A DNA stretch of 64,000 nucleotides from Octopus vulgaris. Its lineage: Eukaryota. The stretch covers positions 45,260,001 to 45,324,000 of the forward strand of contig OX597829.1 in the NCBI GenBank assembly GCA_951406725.2, read 5' to 3'. The notes beneath the pieces are model-generated. The model did not search any database and had not been told where the DNA came from. It was given only the letters and a program-made list of their open reading frames with translations. The translations under genes were made by a program, and so were the position numbers. This document shows, piece after piece, positions 1 to 12,339 of this stretch (the first letter of the stretch is position 1; each line of letters begins with the position of its first letter).

Positions 1-651
1 GAATTTGTTTTATCTATTACAATCAACTTATATTTGAACTGGAGCTTACAAGAATGTAATTGCATGCATCTGTGTGTCTGTGTGTGTATGTAACAAGCAA
101 GTGTGTGTGTGTGTGTAAATATGTACATGTGTGTATGAATATGTACATAAGTGTGAACACAACTATATGCAAAAGAGCATGCAAGTGGAATTATGTATAA
201 GCATATGTCTGAATATCAATATGGATTACATGAATTTATATGCATGTATATACACATGGATATTATATATGCAAGTTCATTGCAACAACACATAAGTGAG
301 CATGCTGGTTTTTTATTTGTATTCCTCTGTGTACCTACCTGCCTGAATATCCCATCAATTTAAGTATATGAAAGGTAAATCTGAACAAATAGATTCATAT
401 GCATGTATATTTATAAGTCTATAAGCATGTATATGTATTGTATATATTGTGCAAGCATGCATGTATTTGCATGCATTTGTAAAGGAATGTGAACATGTGC
501 ACATGTACATACATTAGTGTGAAAGTAATACATGTTGCATAATGAGTTGTCCCCTAGAATTTCCAAACAGACCCTAATATTCTTTTCAAAATATTGTTTT
601 ACCACTGTTCACATTCCCTTTTGTTCTTTCTATTTTCTTCAATATATATAT

Positions 652-1028
652 CATCATCATCATCATCATCGTTTAACGCCCACTTTCCATGCTAGCATGG
701 GTTGGACGATTTGACTGAGGACTGGCAAACCAAATGGCTGCACCTGGCTCCAATCTTGATCTGGCAGAGTTTCTACAGCTGAATGCCTTTCCTAACACCA
801 ACTTCTCTGAGAATGTAGTGGGTGCTTTTACGTGCCACCTGCATGGGGGCCAGTTAGGCGGTACTGGCAACGACCTCGTTCAAATGTCTTTTTCACATGC
901 CACCAGCACAAGTGTCAGTAAGGCGACGCTGGTAAAGATCACGCTCAAATGGTGCCTTTTATGTGCCACCGGCATGGAAACCAGTTAATCATTCTGGCAA
1001 TGATCACACTCAGATGGTGCTCTTTGCA
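652..1028 (-). mobile_element. SINE family C (aagggcatccagctgtagaaac domain, (gat)n tail)
   Basis: On + reads (cat)n-cgtttaacg...catgggttggacg...tttctacagctgaatgcctttcctaac; the same block recurs at 42815, 55838, 56305, 58026, 58462 and 59510. Confidence 0.75.
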
Positions 1029-1150
1029 AGCATATATATATATATATATATTATTATTATTATTATTATTATTTGATTCACTCATATAGTCACAATGTCA
1101 TATGACAATATTTTCCCAAATATTTCCTTTTCTTTCTGTACCCTTTTATT

Positions 1151-1375
1151 ATTAACCCTTTAGCACTCACACCAACCTTATCTGGCCCAAATATTCAGCC
1201 TGTTTTATGTTCAAACTGGCCAGGTGCAGCCTTTCACACGTACCCTAACAATGCCATTATACAAGTAGGCAAACCACATCATCAAAATCCTAAAAACTAC
1301 GAGATAATGCATGATTAATTCAAAACAATGGATAAATAAATATTACATTTGACATAGTTATCTGAATGTAAAAGC
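1151..1375. mobile_element. TTAA/piggyBac-like MITE, degenerate
   Basis: Starts ttaa-ccctttagca; internal sequence is the reverse complement of the MITEs at 9620 and 25805. Confidence 0.55.
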
Positions 1376-2226
1376 AGCTTATACACCCAGACCCCATCCC
1401 ATCTTGGCTTGCAAAGCACAAGAGAATAACACACTCAGTATTCAAGCTAAGTCCAGCATCAAATTCATTCTTGTGAAAATCCTGAAAGCTTTCATTATTG
1501 AATATGAAAAGCAAATGGCTTTCAGCTCATTATTAATGCTATCAGTTTAATTCATGGAATTCAACACATACTCAATAAATGGCTATTGGATCAGTTCTTA
1601 ATAGAATTTTTATTAAATGTTTCAGATTTAAAGATCATAAGGTGAAATACTGTTAAGTCCCATAATCCATGAGTATTGGCTCCCAAATACATTAAATAAT
1701 GTATCATTAAAGCAGAAAAATTTCTGCTTTTGATAAGTGTTATTTACAGATCAAAACTGTGTGTGTATATATGTATGCATGTGCATGTGAACTTGTGGTT
1801 TTGTATGTTACTTTGCATATATGAATGCCTTTAACATGTCGGCTAAATTCTTTATGCATTTTTGTTCATGTGAGCAATATAAAATAGTAATAATTAATAT
1901 TGTGTCCATGTGTATATGTGTTTGTGTGTGTGTGAGTGTGCACGTATGAATATAACTGTATAAAATACAAATGTGCATCTACCATGTATGTATGTATGTA
2001 TGTATAATATTTACATCTGAAGTTGTTTACATGCATATGTAAAATACGATCTACTTAACTTTTTTTTACTCCAATAGATGTCTGTACATACATATATAAT
2101 ACATGTGTGTGTGCGTACATATGTGTGTGCATATATGTGTATATATGTGTGAGTGTATATATATATATATATATATGGAGAGAGAGGGAGAGAGAGAGTA
2201 ATGCAGATAAACATAATTAGGCTTTA

Positions 2227-2266
<40 letters not shown>

Positions 2267-2267
<1 letters not shown>

Positions 2268-2389
2268 GTAAAATACAGTGTACATTTAAACACATAAGGA
2301 ATCCACTCGTGAGATTCATTATGCTAGAAAGAACAGCTAGGTTCTATAACTACGAAGTTCTATGTGTTTAAATGTACACTGTATTTTAT
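2267..2389. repeat. inverted repeat adjacent to (TA)n
   Basis: Arm taaaatacagtgtacatttaaacacata pairs with tatgtgtttaaatgtacactgtatttta. Confidence 0.8.
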
Positions 2390-2482
2390 GAGTAATACAT
2401 AGTCTTTGGACTAAATTTTTACACGTTAGGCCACTGGAAATGGAAATTTTATTTAATTTCCATTTCCTTTTGATATGATTAA

Positions 2483-2540
<58 letters not shown>

Positions 2541-2730
2541 TTTACGGTGAATTTTGAAGTTTTGGCCAAAGATGGCTTGCTGGCTGGAACTTCGAAGTCA
2601 CTGTCAACAACATTCTTGTATAAGAATAACAAATTTGTACTCTAAAAAAGTATATAGAGTAACCCATCAGATTAATGTAAAATTGGTTTTATTAGAACTG
2701 AACATAAAAACAAATATTAATATATACATA

Positions 2731-2787
<57 letters not shown>

Positions 2788-3104
2788 GTCAAGCCTAATC
2801 TTGTTTTTCTGCACTATCTCTCTCACTGTGTGTGTGCGAGTGTGTGTGTGTGTCTTGGAAAGCCTAGTTTTGATTAAAATAAGGATGTGAAGATATTTTT
2901 TCTGTGCTTTTGATGTGCAGGTCTTTTGATGATAATTTATTTTATTAATGCCTATTGTTTACCTTGAGTGTTTTCTCATGACATACCTGTTATATGAATA
3001 TACATAGTTTGAGTTTACACATTCAAATGAAAGACTCAGTACTTCAAATATAGAATTAATATATTTTATCCTTTATTTCAGAAGCTGAGAGTTTTACACC
3101 AACT

Positions 3105-3334
3105 TACCCTTTTGATACCAACCCTTTTTCAGACTAACCCCGCTCGCCAGTTCTCTGATATAAATTCCCTTGTTTTAAAGGGATCTAAGTTAAAGCATTC
3201 CATCAAACTTCCATGTTAATTTATGTCCCAAAGACAAACTTAATACTGACATTTATTTTATTAAATACTTTATCTTCAAAATTAATTGAAACAAAGACGA
3301 AGTATTTGAACAACAGTATGGTAACAAAAGGGTT
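3105..3334. mobile_element. MITE with ccctttt(g) termini (piggyBac-like)
   Basis: 5' acccttttgatacca and 3' tggtaacaaaagggtt are inverted; related to 25665-26164 and 62655-62870. Confidence 0.55.
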
Positions 3335-3521
3335 GTGTTGCTACTGTGGATTTGTGTATGTATTTGTGTGTGTATAAATCTATATACATTTATATTGTAT
3401 TTATATTTAATACATACATACATATACATATATCCACATATACATACATATATAACAAGTTAAAAATAAGTCATTACATATTTTTCCTTTATTAGAGCAC
3501 ATTATATAGGGATATTGTTTT

Positions 3522-3552
<31 letters not shown>

Positions 3553-3715
3553 ATGTATGTATGTATATGTATATATATATTATACCTCTATAATATACAT
3601 AAATATGTGTGTATATGTATGTGTGTTTATGTAAATATATATATGTGTGTATGTATCATCATCATCGTTTAACGTCCGCTTTCCATTGCATGTATGTATG
3701 TATATACATGTATAT

Positions 3716-4046
3716 AGATATAAACAAACTAATATTTGTTTTTATAAGCATCAGAATGTGTATTGTATGATACAAATAAGATGATACTTTTTCCAAACGC
3801 AGAATTCTGCATGTAGAAATCTATATACATTTATATTGCAATTATATTGTATTGGGGATTGTGGGTTTCAAATCCCATGGCTGTTTGTTTACAAATTTTT
3901 CCACTTTATAAGGGTAATTTACCCAGTATTTCTGCTGTTTTAACAGCAATTCTATGTATGGTAAAACTATCAACTTCTTATTTGTATTGTACAATACACA
4001 TTCCAATTTTTATAAAACACAAATGTTAGTTTGTTTATATTTGTAT
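3716..4046. repeat. diverged inverted repeat, ~90-bp arms
   Basis: atataaacaaactaatatttg...gaatgtgtattgta...tacaaataag mirrored by cttatttgtattgtacaatacacattc...caaatgttagtttgtttatat. Confidence 0.7.
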
Positions 4047-4201
4047 ACATGTAGTTGTTCAATTATCTATTTATTAATGTCTAAATTTATGGATGAATTT
4101 GTCAGAGGGCAGTTTAGCTTAATGGTAAAGCACTCAGCTGGAGTTTCTGTGTTCAGAAAAAATATTAAGATGTGTGTGTGTGTGTATGTATATATGTGTA
4201 C

Positions 4202-4242
<41 letters not shown>

Positions 4243-4274
4243 TATATGTATGTATATCTATCTAAATATCTATC

Positions 4275-4312
<38 letters not shown>

Positions 4313-4327
4313 TATATATATATAATA

Positions 4328-4518
4328 TATATAAATTAGAGAAAACCCACTATTATGCAATTCAAACACTGATAGACATAAATCAAATCATTGTTTGAAT
4401 TGCATAATAGTGGTATTTTTCTAATCTATATATTTATATTGTGAAATTTGATTTAATACTAAATTGAATTTTTCCCTGTAAGTTTGGAGTTATACTCCCT
4501 AATATTATTATTATTATA
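4328..4518. mobile_element. (TA)n-embedded repeat with terminal hairpin (probable Penelope-like remnant)
   Basis: ttagagaaaacccactattatgcaattcaaaca / tgtttgaattgcataatagtggtatttttctaa hairpin followed by aattgaatttttccctgtaagtttgga; related copies at 33160, 53362 and 63921. Confidence 0.55.
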
Positions 4519-4635
4519 TATATGTATATAGATATATACACACACACATGTAAATATTTATATAGAATGTACATATGGGTACATATTAATTATTTCATAT
4601 TAAATGGTAATTGCCATTGGTGCTGTTTCTTGCAG

Positions 4636-4751
4636 GATGTGATGCGACGTTTGGTCAGTCGGTATATTCACCAGACCAAAAAGCAATTACGTCAAGATGG
4701 TGTCAATGAAGATGATTTGTTGGAGATAAAACAAGACATATCCAGTTTAAG
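4636..4751 (+). CDS. TRPC-family (transient receptor potential canonical) channel, penultimate coding exon
   Basis: Acceptor ttcttgcag|; encodes DVMRRLVSRYIHQTKKQLRQDGVNEDDLLEIKQDISSLR, matching the TRPC CIRB/coiled-coil signature (VMRxLVxRY...ExKQDISSxRYE); donor AAG|GCAAGT. Confidence 0.92.
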
Positions 4752-5232
4752 GCAAGTATATACAGTTACAAAAGATAACAGGTATTGGTGGTGGTGTTGG
4801 TGACGGTGGGGTATTTTACTTACCATGTGTCTATGTTATTTGTTGTTGTTGTTGTTGTTTATAATTCAAATTAACGCCGATCAAGGAAACCCCTCTTCAA
4901 ATGTTCATTTCCATCAGCAATCACGTCCTGCTTCAGACAAAATTTATCAAGAATTTATGTTACCTTGTCACACATTTGTCTCACTAATTAACGTGCTGGA
5001 CAAAAAGCTTAGCAGTATTTCATCTGCCAAAAAGCTTAGCAGTATTTCATCTAAGTACAAATTTTACTAAGGTTGAATTTGCTTTTCATCCTTTCAAGTC
5101 GATACTATAAAGTTCTAGTATGTATATATAATATATATGCACATAATTATGGATTTCTATATATACATATGTTATAATGGAATAATTACTATGAAGCATT
5201 GTGTAGAATATATTGAATAAAGAATCGTAAGA

Positions 5233-5511
5233 CCAAAACAATGTGAAGTAAATGCAAAGTAAATCACAAGAAAACAAATATGTGAATTAATGTAGACTTA
5301 CCTTGTATTCAATATTTTGAGGTTATGAACCCATTTTCAAGAAATTGACAAATGTTGCCAATGTACGTGTGTGTCACGCGCATAAGCAACATTCGTCAAT
5401 TTCTTGAAAATGGGGTCATAACCCCAAAATATTGAATACAAGGTAAGTTTACATTAATTCACATATTTGTTTTCTTGTGATTTACCTTGCATTTACTTTG
5501 CATTGTTTTGG
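5233..5511. repeat. near-perfect inverted repeat, 126-bp arms, 27-nt loop
   Basis: 5233-5358 vs reverse complement of 5386-5511, 7 mismatches by manual alignment. Confidence 0.9.
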
Positions 5512-5785
5512 CCTCATCCACGATCTTTTATACAATACACATGTGTGTGGGAGTGAGGTGTTTTACTGTCTGCTTGCCTTAACATCATGCAATAGTTCTA
5601 AGCAAGTGGTAATGTCTTGCAAGTGGTGTCCTTGTTCCTAATCTTCCATGAAGAAATATCATCTGAATATGGTGAAATATTACTTCACTTGGAAATAGAT
5701 GAGGTTTGGTTGCAGGAAGGGCATCAAGCCATACAAAATCTTTCTGGTCCATGTAAGCATAGAAAGTTTCATCCATCTGTCTGTC

Positions 5786-6105
5786 TGTGGCTTGTGTGGT
5801 AAGTAGCTTGCTTCCCAACAACATGGTTCCGGGTTCAGTCCCACTGCATAGCACCTTGGGGAAGTGTCTTCTACTATAGCCTCAGGCCGACCAAAGCCTT
5901 CTGAGTGTTTTTGGTAGACGGAAACTGAAGTCCATTGTATGGATATAAATATATGTATATATTTGTGTGTCTGTGTTTGTCCCCACTACCATCGCTTGAC
6001 AACTTTTGGTGTGTTTACATCCCTGTAACTTAACCATTCAGCAAAACACACTGATAAAATAAGTACTAGACTTACAAAGAATTAGTCCTGAAACAAGTAA
6101 AGAGA
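5786..6105 (+). mobile_element. SINE family A (tRNA-derived head, CORE-like domain)
   Basis: tRNA-like head gtggtaag...gggttcagtccc, then caccttgggg/caagtgtctt (MIR CORE-like), tail ...gaaacaagtaaa. Confidence 0.8.
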
Positions 6106-6794
6106 CTAAAAGAATATTCTCATCCCCATCATTACACAAATATGAAGTACCTGCATGAAAAGCCATCTTAGCAGCCCCTGACAAATCATTGCAAGTCATT
6201 TGCCCTGGGCATATCATTGTATTAGGCCATATAGTATTTATTTAATTACAGCAACCCAAAACATACATAGATCAGAATTGAACCCCTAGACTTGTGAGGA
6301 CACCAGACAACTGCCCAGTGTGCCCATGCCTTGAGACGGCACTGGCTATATTACTACCTCACATTATCCAGGGTGTCCCCACAAAAATTGACATCATTTG
6401 AAATGTAAATGTCTGAGTAGCTACATGTCCGAGGCAAACAAAATTAAACAGGTTTCATGCTGAACAATAAAAGAGTTACATTCCCAGTAACCAAGTGTGA
6501 GTATTTCAGAACATGTCCATTAAGTTCACCGTCATCAGTTCACTGCAGGGAAAGTTCACCGTCATCAATCTATCATTTTGTTTTCAATAAAATAGTTTTT
6601 AACAATTAATGGGGAGATACTATGTTAAATATAATATAATGATATAAAATATAATATAATATAAAATATAATATATTTAACTATTAATGGGGAGATACTA
6701 TGTTAAATGAGTCAATGAGTGACCAGATTGTGCTTCTTTTTCGGATACATGACCCACAGGCAATATATATGTTTTTTTTGTGTGTGTGTGTGTA

Positions 6795-6962
6795 TTATAC
6801 AACGTGCTTCCTTCAGATTCCTTTTACCAAATCCACTCACAAGGCTTTGGTCAGCCCAAGGCCTTAGTAGAACACACTTAACCAATGTGCCATGCAATGG
6901 GACTGAACCCAAAATTATGTGATTGACAAGCAAACTTCTTACCATACAGCCACGCCTGCACC
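6795..6962 (-). mobile_element. SINE family A, 5' half
   Basis: Reverse complement of the family A head and CORE-like region. Confidence 0.75.
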
Positions 6963-7070
6963 AAAAACAATGGATTTTAAACAATGATAGTGAAGATAAA
7001 TGTGTGTGTATGTATGTATGTATAAATGTATGTATGTGCTTATTTCAACTTCTCTTTTTTAATTTTGCAG

Positions 7071-7503
7071 GTATGAACTACGAGAAGACCGCAAAAGAGA
7101 AGCTGCTCGCGCAAGTGGACACATTGACAGTTTAAAAAGAGACATAATCCATTCACTGCGTGGCTCTTCCCCAAATTCAAGTCCTTTACGTAGTTCAAGC
7201 ATTGACAAAGGGCAACAGCTTCAGCAATATCATGTACCGCAAACTCAACAGCAGCAAACGCATGCTCAGCAACAACAGCAGCAATCACAGCAACAGCAGT
7301 CAAGCTCGTTGTCACTGTTGACTCAACAGGACTTGGAGAGTTTGAAACGGGGAATAGTAAGCAGCATTAAAAATGAAATGCGCGAGGTGATAGCAGAAGC
7401 AATTCAACAATCCACCGCCAACCTTAATAACAACACCCCACCCTTGGTTCTACCCTCGATAAACTCAGAATTATACCACACACACTTATACACACAATTA
7501 TGA
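7071..7503 (+). CDS. TRPC-family channel, terminal coding exon
   Basis: Acceptor ttttttaattttgcag|G completes the AGG codon; frame continues YELREDRKREAARASGHIDSLKRDII...poly-Q...LYHTHLYTQL to TGA at 7501-7503 without a stop. Confidence 0.92.
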
Positions 7504-8982
7504 TTAGGGATAAGGATTAAGAATAATAAAAGTTTGTTTTTTTGTTTTTCCATTTTAACAAGAAAAAAAAAGCATAAAATATTTACCGTCTTTGATTTAG
7601 TATGTTCTTGTATTGTTTTCCATTATTAACTGAATTTTTTTTTTTTTACGGTGAAATAGGAGTCAAAGACATGTCAATAAACTAATAAGCATACCCAAAA
7701 TATTGGGTGTCATTCTCAGGTTAAGGATATTTAGAAAAATTGTTCACTTAACATGGCTTTTTCTTTTTATTCATTAATTTAATTTTCCACAAATACAAGG
7801 AGAACACACACATATCTTCACGCACCCACATGCTCATGTACACACACACGCACACACATATACACATGCACACACATACATATTTCTTAAGTATGTTCAC
7901 ATATCTTTGACAAGGAATAAAAACACATTTGCATAAAAATTTGAAACTCAAAAGGTAATGTCTTCTTTCCAAACTAAATTTTCAATTTTATATTTTACAT
8001 ATTCTACAGTTTACACTCCTCTTTATAAAAACTATCCAACAGTCCAAAGTAAGATATTTTTAATTTCTAGTTTTTTTTTTAAAGGGGTGGGGGCCATAGG
8101 AGGGCGAAGAGTAGGGTTTCTGATGCAAATTAAAATAAATTAAATCACAATTTTCATTGATCATAATGAGTAGCAACTAAAATAACACTTTGGGAGGTAA
8201 TATATCTTAATGAAACAGGACAATTAATGGAACAAAAAAAAATTATAATTTTTTGATAATATTAATACCATCCAAATCAAAATTATTTGTCTTGGTTTCA
8301 ACGATGCAAAAAGTTTTTAGAAATTTCTATGCACACACACGAACATGCATACACACACATACACACACACACATACACACACACACATACACACACACAT
8401 ACATACATGCGCATGCACACACACATGCACATATACATATATATACACTTATGCACATAAACATATATATACACTCATGCACACACACATACATATGCAT
8501 GTACACACACATGTACATACACATATATACACTCATGCACACACATGTATATATATAAACACACACATGCACACACATGTGCACGCATACATACATACAT
8601 ACATACATACATACATACATACACACATATCCTATAAATGTATAAAGCAACAAAAGACTCCTTGCTTATTTGACTATGCCGACATCCCGAAAATAAAACA
8701 TAATCTCTCATTACCATAATTATCCTTCCACATTAACTACAACAACAACAACAACAACAACAACTGCAACAATACACCACTGTTTTACACTAGCTGCTGC
8801 ACTCAGTGTATTGTCTCTTGTCAACTGTCAATTGTCGTGTCTCACATGGCGACACCAGGGACTGCTGGTCTTCAGATGCCACCAATCACCCGGATTCTTA
8901 TCTTGCTTGAAGAAATGTCATATCTGGTAAATATAGCTTTGTTAATTAATTTCATTTAAATTTTGAGTGTTTAATTCAGAAC

Positions 8983-9378
8983 TCTTTTACTTGTTTCAGT
9001 CATTTTACTGTGGCCATGCTGGAGCACTGCTTTTAGTCGAGCAAATCAACCCCCAGGACTTATTCTTTGTAAACCTAGTACTCATTCTATCGGTCTCTTT
9101 ATGCCAAACCACTAAGTTACGGGGACATAAACACACCAGCATCAGTTGTCAAGCGATGTTGATTGGGGGGGGGGGGGACAAACACAGACACACAAACATA
9201 TACATACACATAAATATATATATACATATATACGATGGGCTTCTTTACCAAATCCACTCACAAGGCTTTGGTTGGCCCAAGGCTATAGTAGAAGACATTT
9301 GCCCAAGGTGCCATGCAGTGAGACTGAACCCAGAACCATGTGGTTTGTAAGCAAGCTACTTACCACCCAGCCATTCCT
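8983..9378 (-). mobile_element. SINE family A, full length
   Basis: Reverse complement of the 54794-55187 copy. Confidence 0.85.
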
Positions 9379-9704
9379 ATTATGTTTTTTTTTTTACATA
9401 ATATTTAGTTTAACCCAAGGCAGTGAGCTGGGAGAGCTGTTACCATGTCAGGCTAAACGCTTTGTAGAATTTCGTCTTTACATTCTGGGCTTAAATTCCA
9501 CCAGGGTTGACTTTACCTTTCACCCCTTTGGAGTCAATGAAATAAGTACCTGTCAAGAACTGGGGATCAATGTAATCAACTTATCCCCTCCCACTGAAAT
9601 TGCTGACTAATGTTTAGTTTAACCCTTCAGCATTCAGATTACTCTGTCGAATGTAATCCTTGTTTATTAACATTGCTTTGAGTTAATCAGGTATTATCTC
9701 AGAA

Positions 9705-9927
9705 CTTTTTTTAAGGTGGTGAGCTGGCAGAATCGTTAGCATGCTGGGTGAAATGCTTAGCAGTATTTTGTCTGCTGCTATGTTCTGAGTTTAAATTCCG
9801 CCGAGGTCAACTTTGCTTTTCATCCTTTCGGGGTCAATTAAATAAGTACCAGTTACGCACTGGGGTCGATGTAATCAACTTAATCCCTTCCCCCCAAATC
9901 TGAGATCTCGTGCTTCCAGTAGAAAGG
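9705..9927 (+). mobile_element. SINE family B (tRNA head, Nin/Deu-like domain) with 12-bp TSD
   Basis: ggtggtgagctggcaga...ttttcatcctttcggggtcaattaaataagtacca; TSD attatctcagaa at 9693-9704 and 9928-9939. Confidence 0.8.
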
Positions 9928-10059
9928 ATTATCTCAGAAGTTTGAGATTTCAATAATGTAATTGTTCAGTTTTTGTTTTAGAATGACATTGTAGGGCAAG
10001 TGTGAGAGGCCACATCTGGCTGTTTGAACATAAAATGGGTAGGATATTTGGGTTGGATA

Positions 10060-10312
10060 AAGGGTAAAGAGTAAAGACCATGAGTGACCATGGGATTACA
10101 ACCAGAAAGTTCCCCTCAGAGGCACAAGTCTGGGTAAAGGCCAATACAGCTTGGCACCAGTGACATCACAACTCATTTCTACAGGTGATTGAACTGGAGC
10201 AACATAAAATAAAGAGTCTTGCTCAAAACACAACACACAGCCTGGTCTAGGAATTGAACTCACTACCACATGATTGTGAGCCTGAAACTCTAACCACTGA
10301 GCTATGTGCCTT
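10060..10312 (-). mobile_element. SINE family E, internally deleted
   Basis: Matches 20680-21000 (-) and 62292-62637 (+). Confidence 0.7.
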
Positions 10313-10359
10313 TACTAAGACCGGTTTAAATGCTAAAGAGTTAACTTAGGTTTGAATAC

Positions 10360-10860
10360 AGAAACAGGTGACTCATGGAAGTATGGATATGAGGTTATAG
10401 GTGCTTGGTGCCAACATACACTGGAAAGGTAATGGATGAAAAGGGGGAGATAAAAATCCTCTGGGACTTTGATTTCCAGACAAAGTATTGGAGCACCGAA
10501 GGCTGGATATAGTAACCTTAAGTACCTTATAATTAATGTGGTAGTGCCAGGAGATAAACATATCATCATGAAAGAAAGAGATTGATAGATATGGAGAGTT
10601 GAGAATTGAGATCGCTAAGATGTGGCTGCTGTGAGAGCTGAACATTAAGGTTATCCCTATTTGTCATCATAGCATTGTGTTCAATACCACCCAATCTGAA
10701 AAAAAAACATCTGAAAACTTTAGAAATACCCTACAATCTAAGTGTATTGCAAAAGTTGACACTACTTGAAACTGCACGCATATTGCATAAATTACTGTCT
10801 GTCTGAGGTCCTTGTTGTGACTTGACAGACAGTACAAACACCCGGCAGCCAATCAACAAC
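10360..10860 (+). mobile_element. R4/Dong-like non-LTR retrotransposon 3' fragment (restriction-like endonuclease)
   Basis: Frameshifted translation gives KILWDFDFQT...RRLDIV...VVVPGD...IKVIPI...LQK...TARIL, typical of the RLE C-terminus. Confidence 0.7.
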
Positions 10861-10869
10861 ATTACAGGC

Positions 10870-11582
10870 TTAACCAACATGTGTGCAGTGATGAAACCAT
10901 TCTGCATGCCTACATTCTGTGTCCGGGGATTGCTAACTTGTGGTGTTACATTGAATAGTTGCTGTCACATGTGGGACAGATATGTTAGTCAGCTGAGTCT
11001 GTAGTGATGATTGCCCCACTGCCCTCCTTCAATCAGTCATGCAAAGCAGTTTTTATTTGCCTGGTAGCTGTGGCAAAAGAGTGTGTTTGGTGGACAAGGC
11101 TGAAAGGCATGAGAACAGATACATTCCTCTTTGGTAGAGCTCTCATTGACTTCTTCAAGTTTCACTTGAAAAGAAAATTGAGAGTGAAGAGGGAAGTGCT
11201 GTCCTCGAGTGAGTTTAGTAAAAGGTGGATGAAAGTTGCAAAAATGGCAAGAGAGGATGGTACCTCTCTAAGTATAGACCTGTGAGCCGGAGAGAAGGAA
11301 TTGGAGAGGGCACCTGCTCTTGGGGTTTCAGGGAAAGCTCAGACAGCAAGGTTCCTCTATTATCCCTAGAAGTCTTCCAGTATCAGGAGGGCCACATCTC
11401 TATCATCCCCCCCACTATTTTTTTTTTACTTTTGTATACTATGCATATGTCCCTTCTTTTTTAATGTACACCGTGTATACTTGCTTTTTTTTTTTATCAT
11501 TTCATTATAAGTAAACCCCCACACCTTATGTCTGTCTTTGTACTGTCCCCCTCATCCTTCCCTCTTGTGGCAAATAAATGAA
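10870..11582 (+). mobile_element. L1/Tx1-like LINE 3' fragment
   Basis: DETILHAYILCPGIANLW zinc-knuckle remnant, AVAKECVWWTR...EFSKRW C-terminus, then 3'UTR ending aataaa and (att)n. Confidence 0.75.
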
Positions 11583-11691
11583 ATTATTATTATTATTATC
11601 ATTATCATTATTATTATTTATATTATTATTATTATTACTATTTTTATTTTTATTATTATTATTATTTTTATTATTATTATTATTATTTTTA

Positions 11692-11733
<42 letters not shown>

Positions 11734-11765
11734 TTATTATCATTATTGTCATTATTATTATTATT

Positions 11766-11840
<75 letters not shown>

Positions 11841-11895
11841 TATCATCATCATCATCATTATTATCATCATCATTATTATCATCATTATTATTATT
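11583..11895. repeat. (TTA)n/(TCA)n microsatellite
   Basis: Direct inspection. Confidence 0.95.
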
Positions 11896-12339
11896 GCAGA
11901 ATTGCTGTGACTTGTTAGAAGTGCGGAGAATCAACAGATGCAACAAATTTAATTAAACTGTGCCAAGCAAAGAAAATAAAAAGCAAAACAAAAAAGAAAA
12001 TCGACGAGAAGTTAGCCAGAATACCCTAACCTTGCCACCATGTCTTAAGAGAAAAAAGGAAAAAACACACCCATAAAAGTTAAGCCAGTCTGTTGAAAAG
12101 GTGGTGCTAAAGCCGATTCTATATTATTTTTTAATCCTGAAGCCTTTGCAATGGACTTGTGTATATAATACATTTTATATAAAACAATATTTCCCAATAC
12201 GTGATATAATAACATGAAATAATTAATCAGCTAATACTTGAATCTTGAATCAACATATATATATATATGTTTATATATATATACACACACATTGTTGATG
12301 TCATTAGAATTTTATAAACTTTTGAGAGAACGTGAAATA

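Larger units (their letters stand above)
9620..10344. mobile_element. TTAA/piggyBac-like MITE carrying two nested SINEs
   Basis: ttaa-cccttcagcattc ... aatgctaaagag-ttaa; matches the uninterrupted copy at 25805-26033 once the inserts are removed. Confidence 0.65.

Noticed and set aside
3082-3110. Possible upstream TRPC exon after tttatttcag
   Set aside because: No donor; the sequence runs straight into a MITE terminus.
11526-11918. Poly-N, poly-I and poly-L ORFs
   Set aside because: (TTA)n microsatellite following an L1-like tail.
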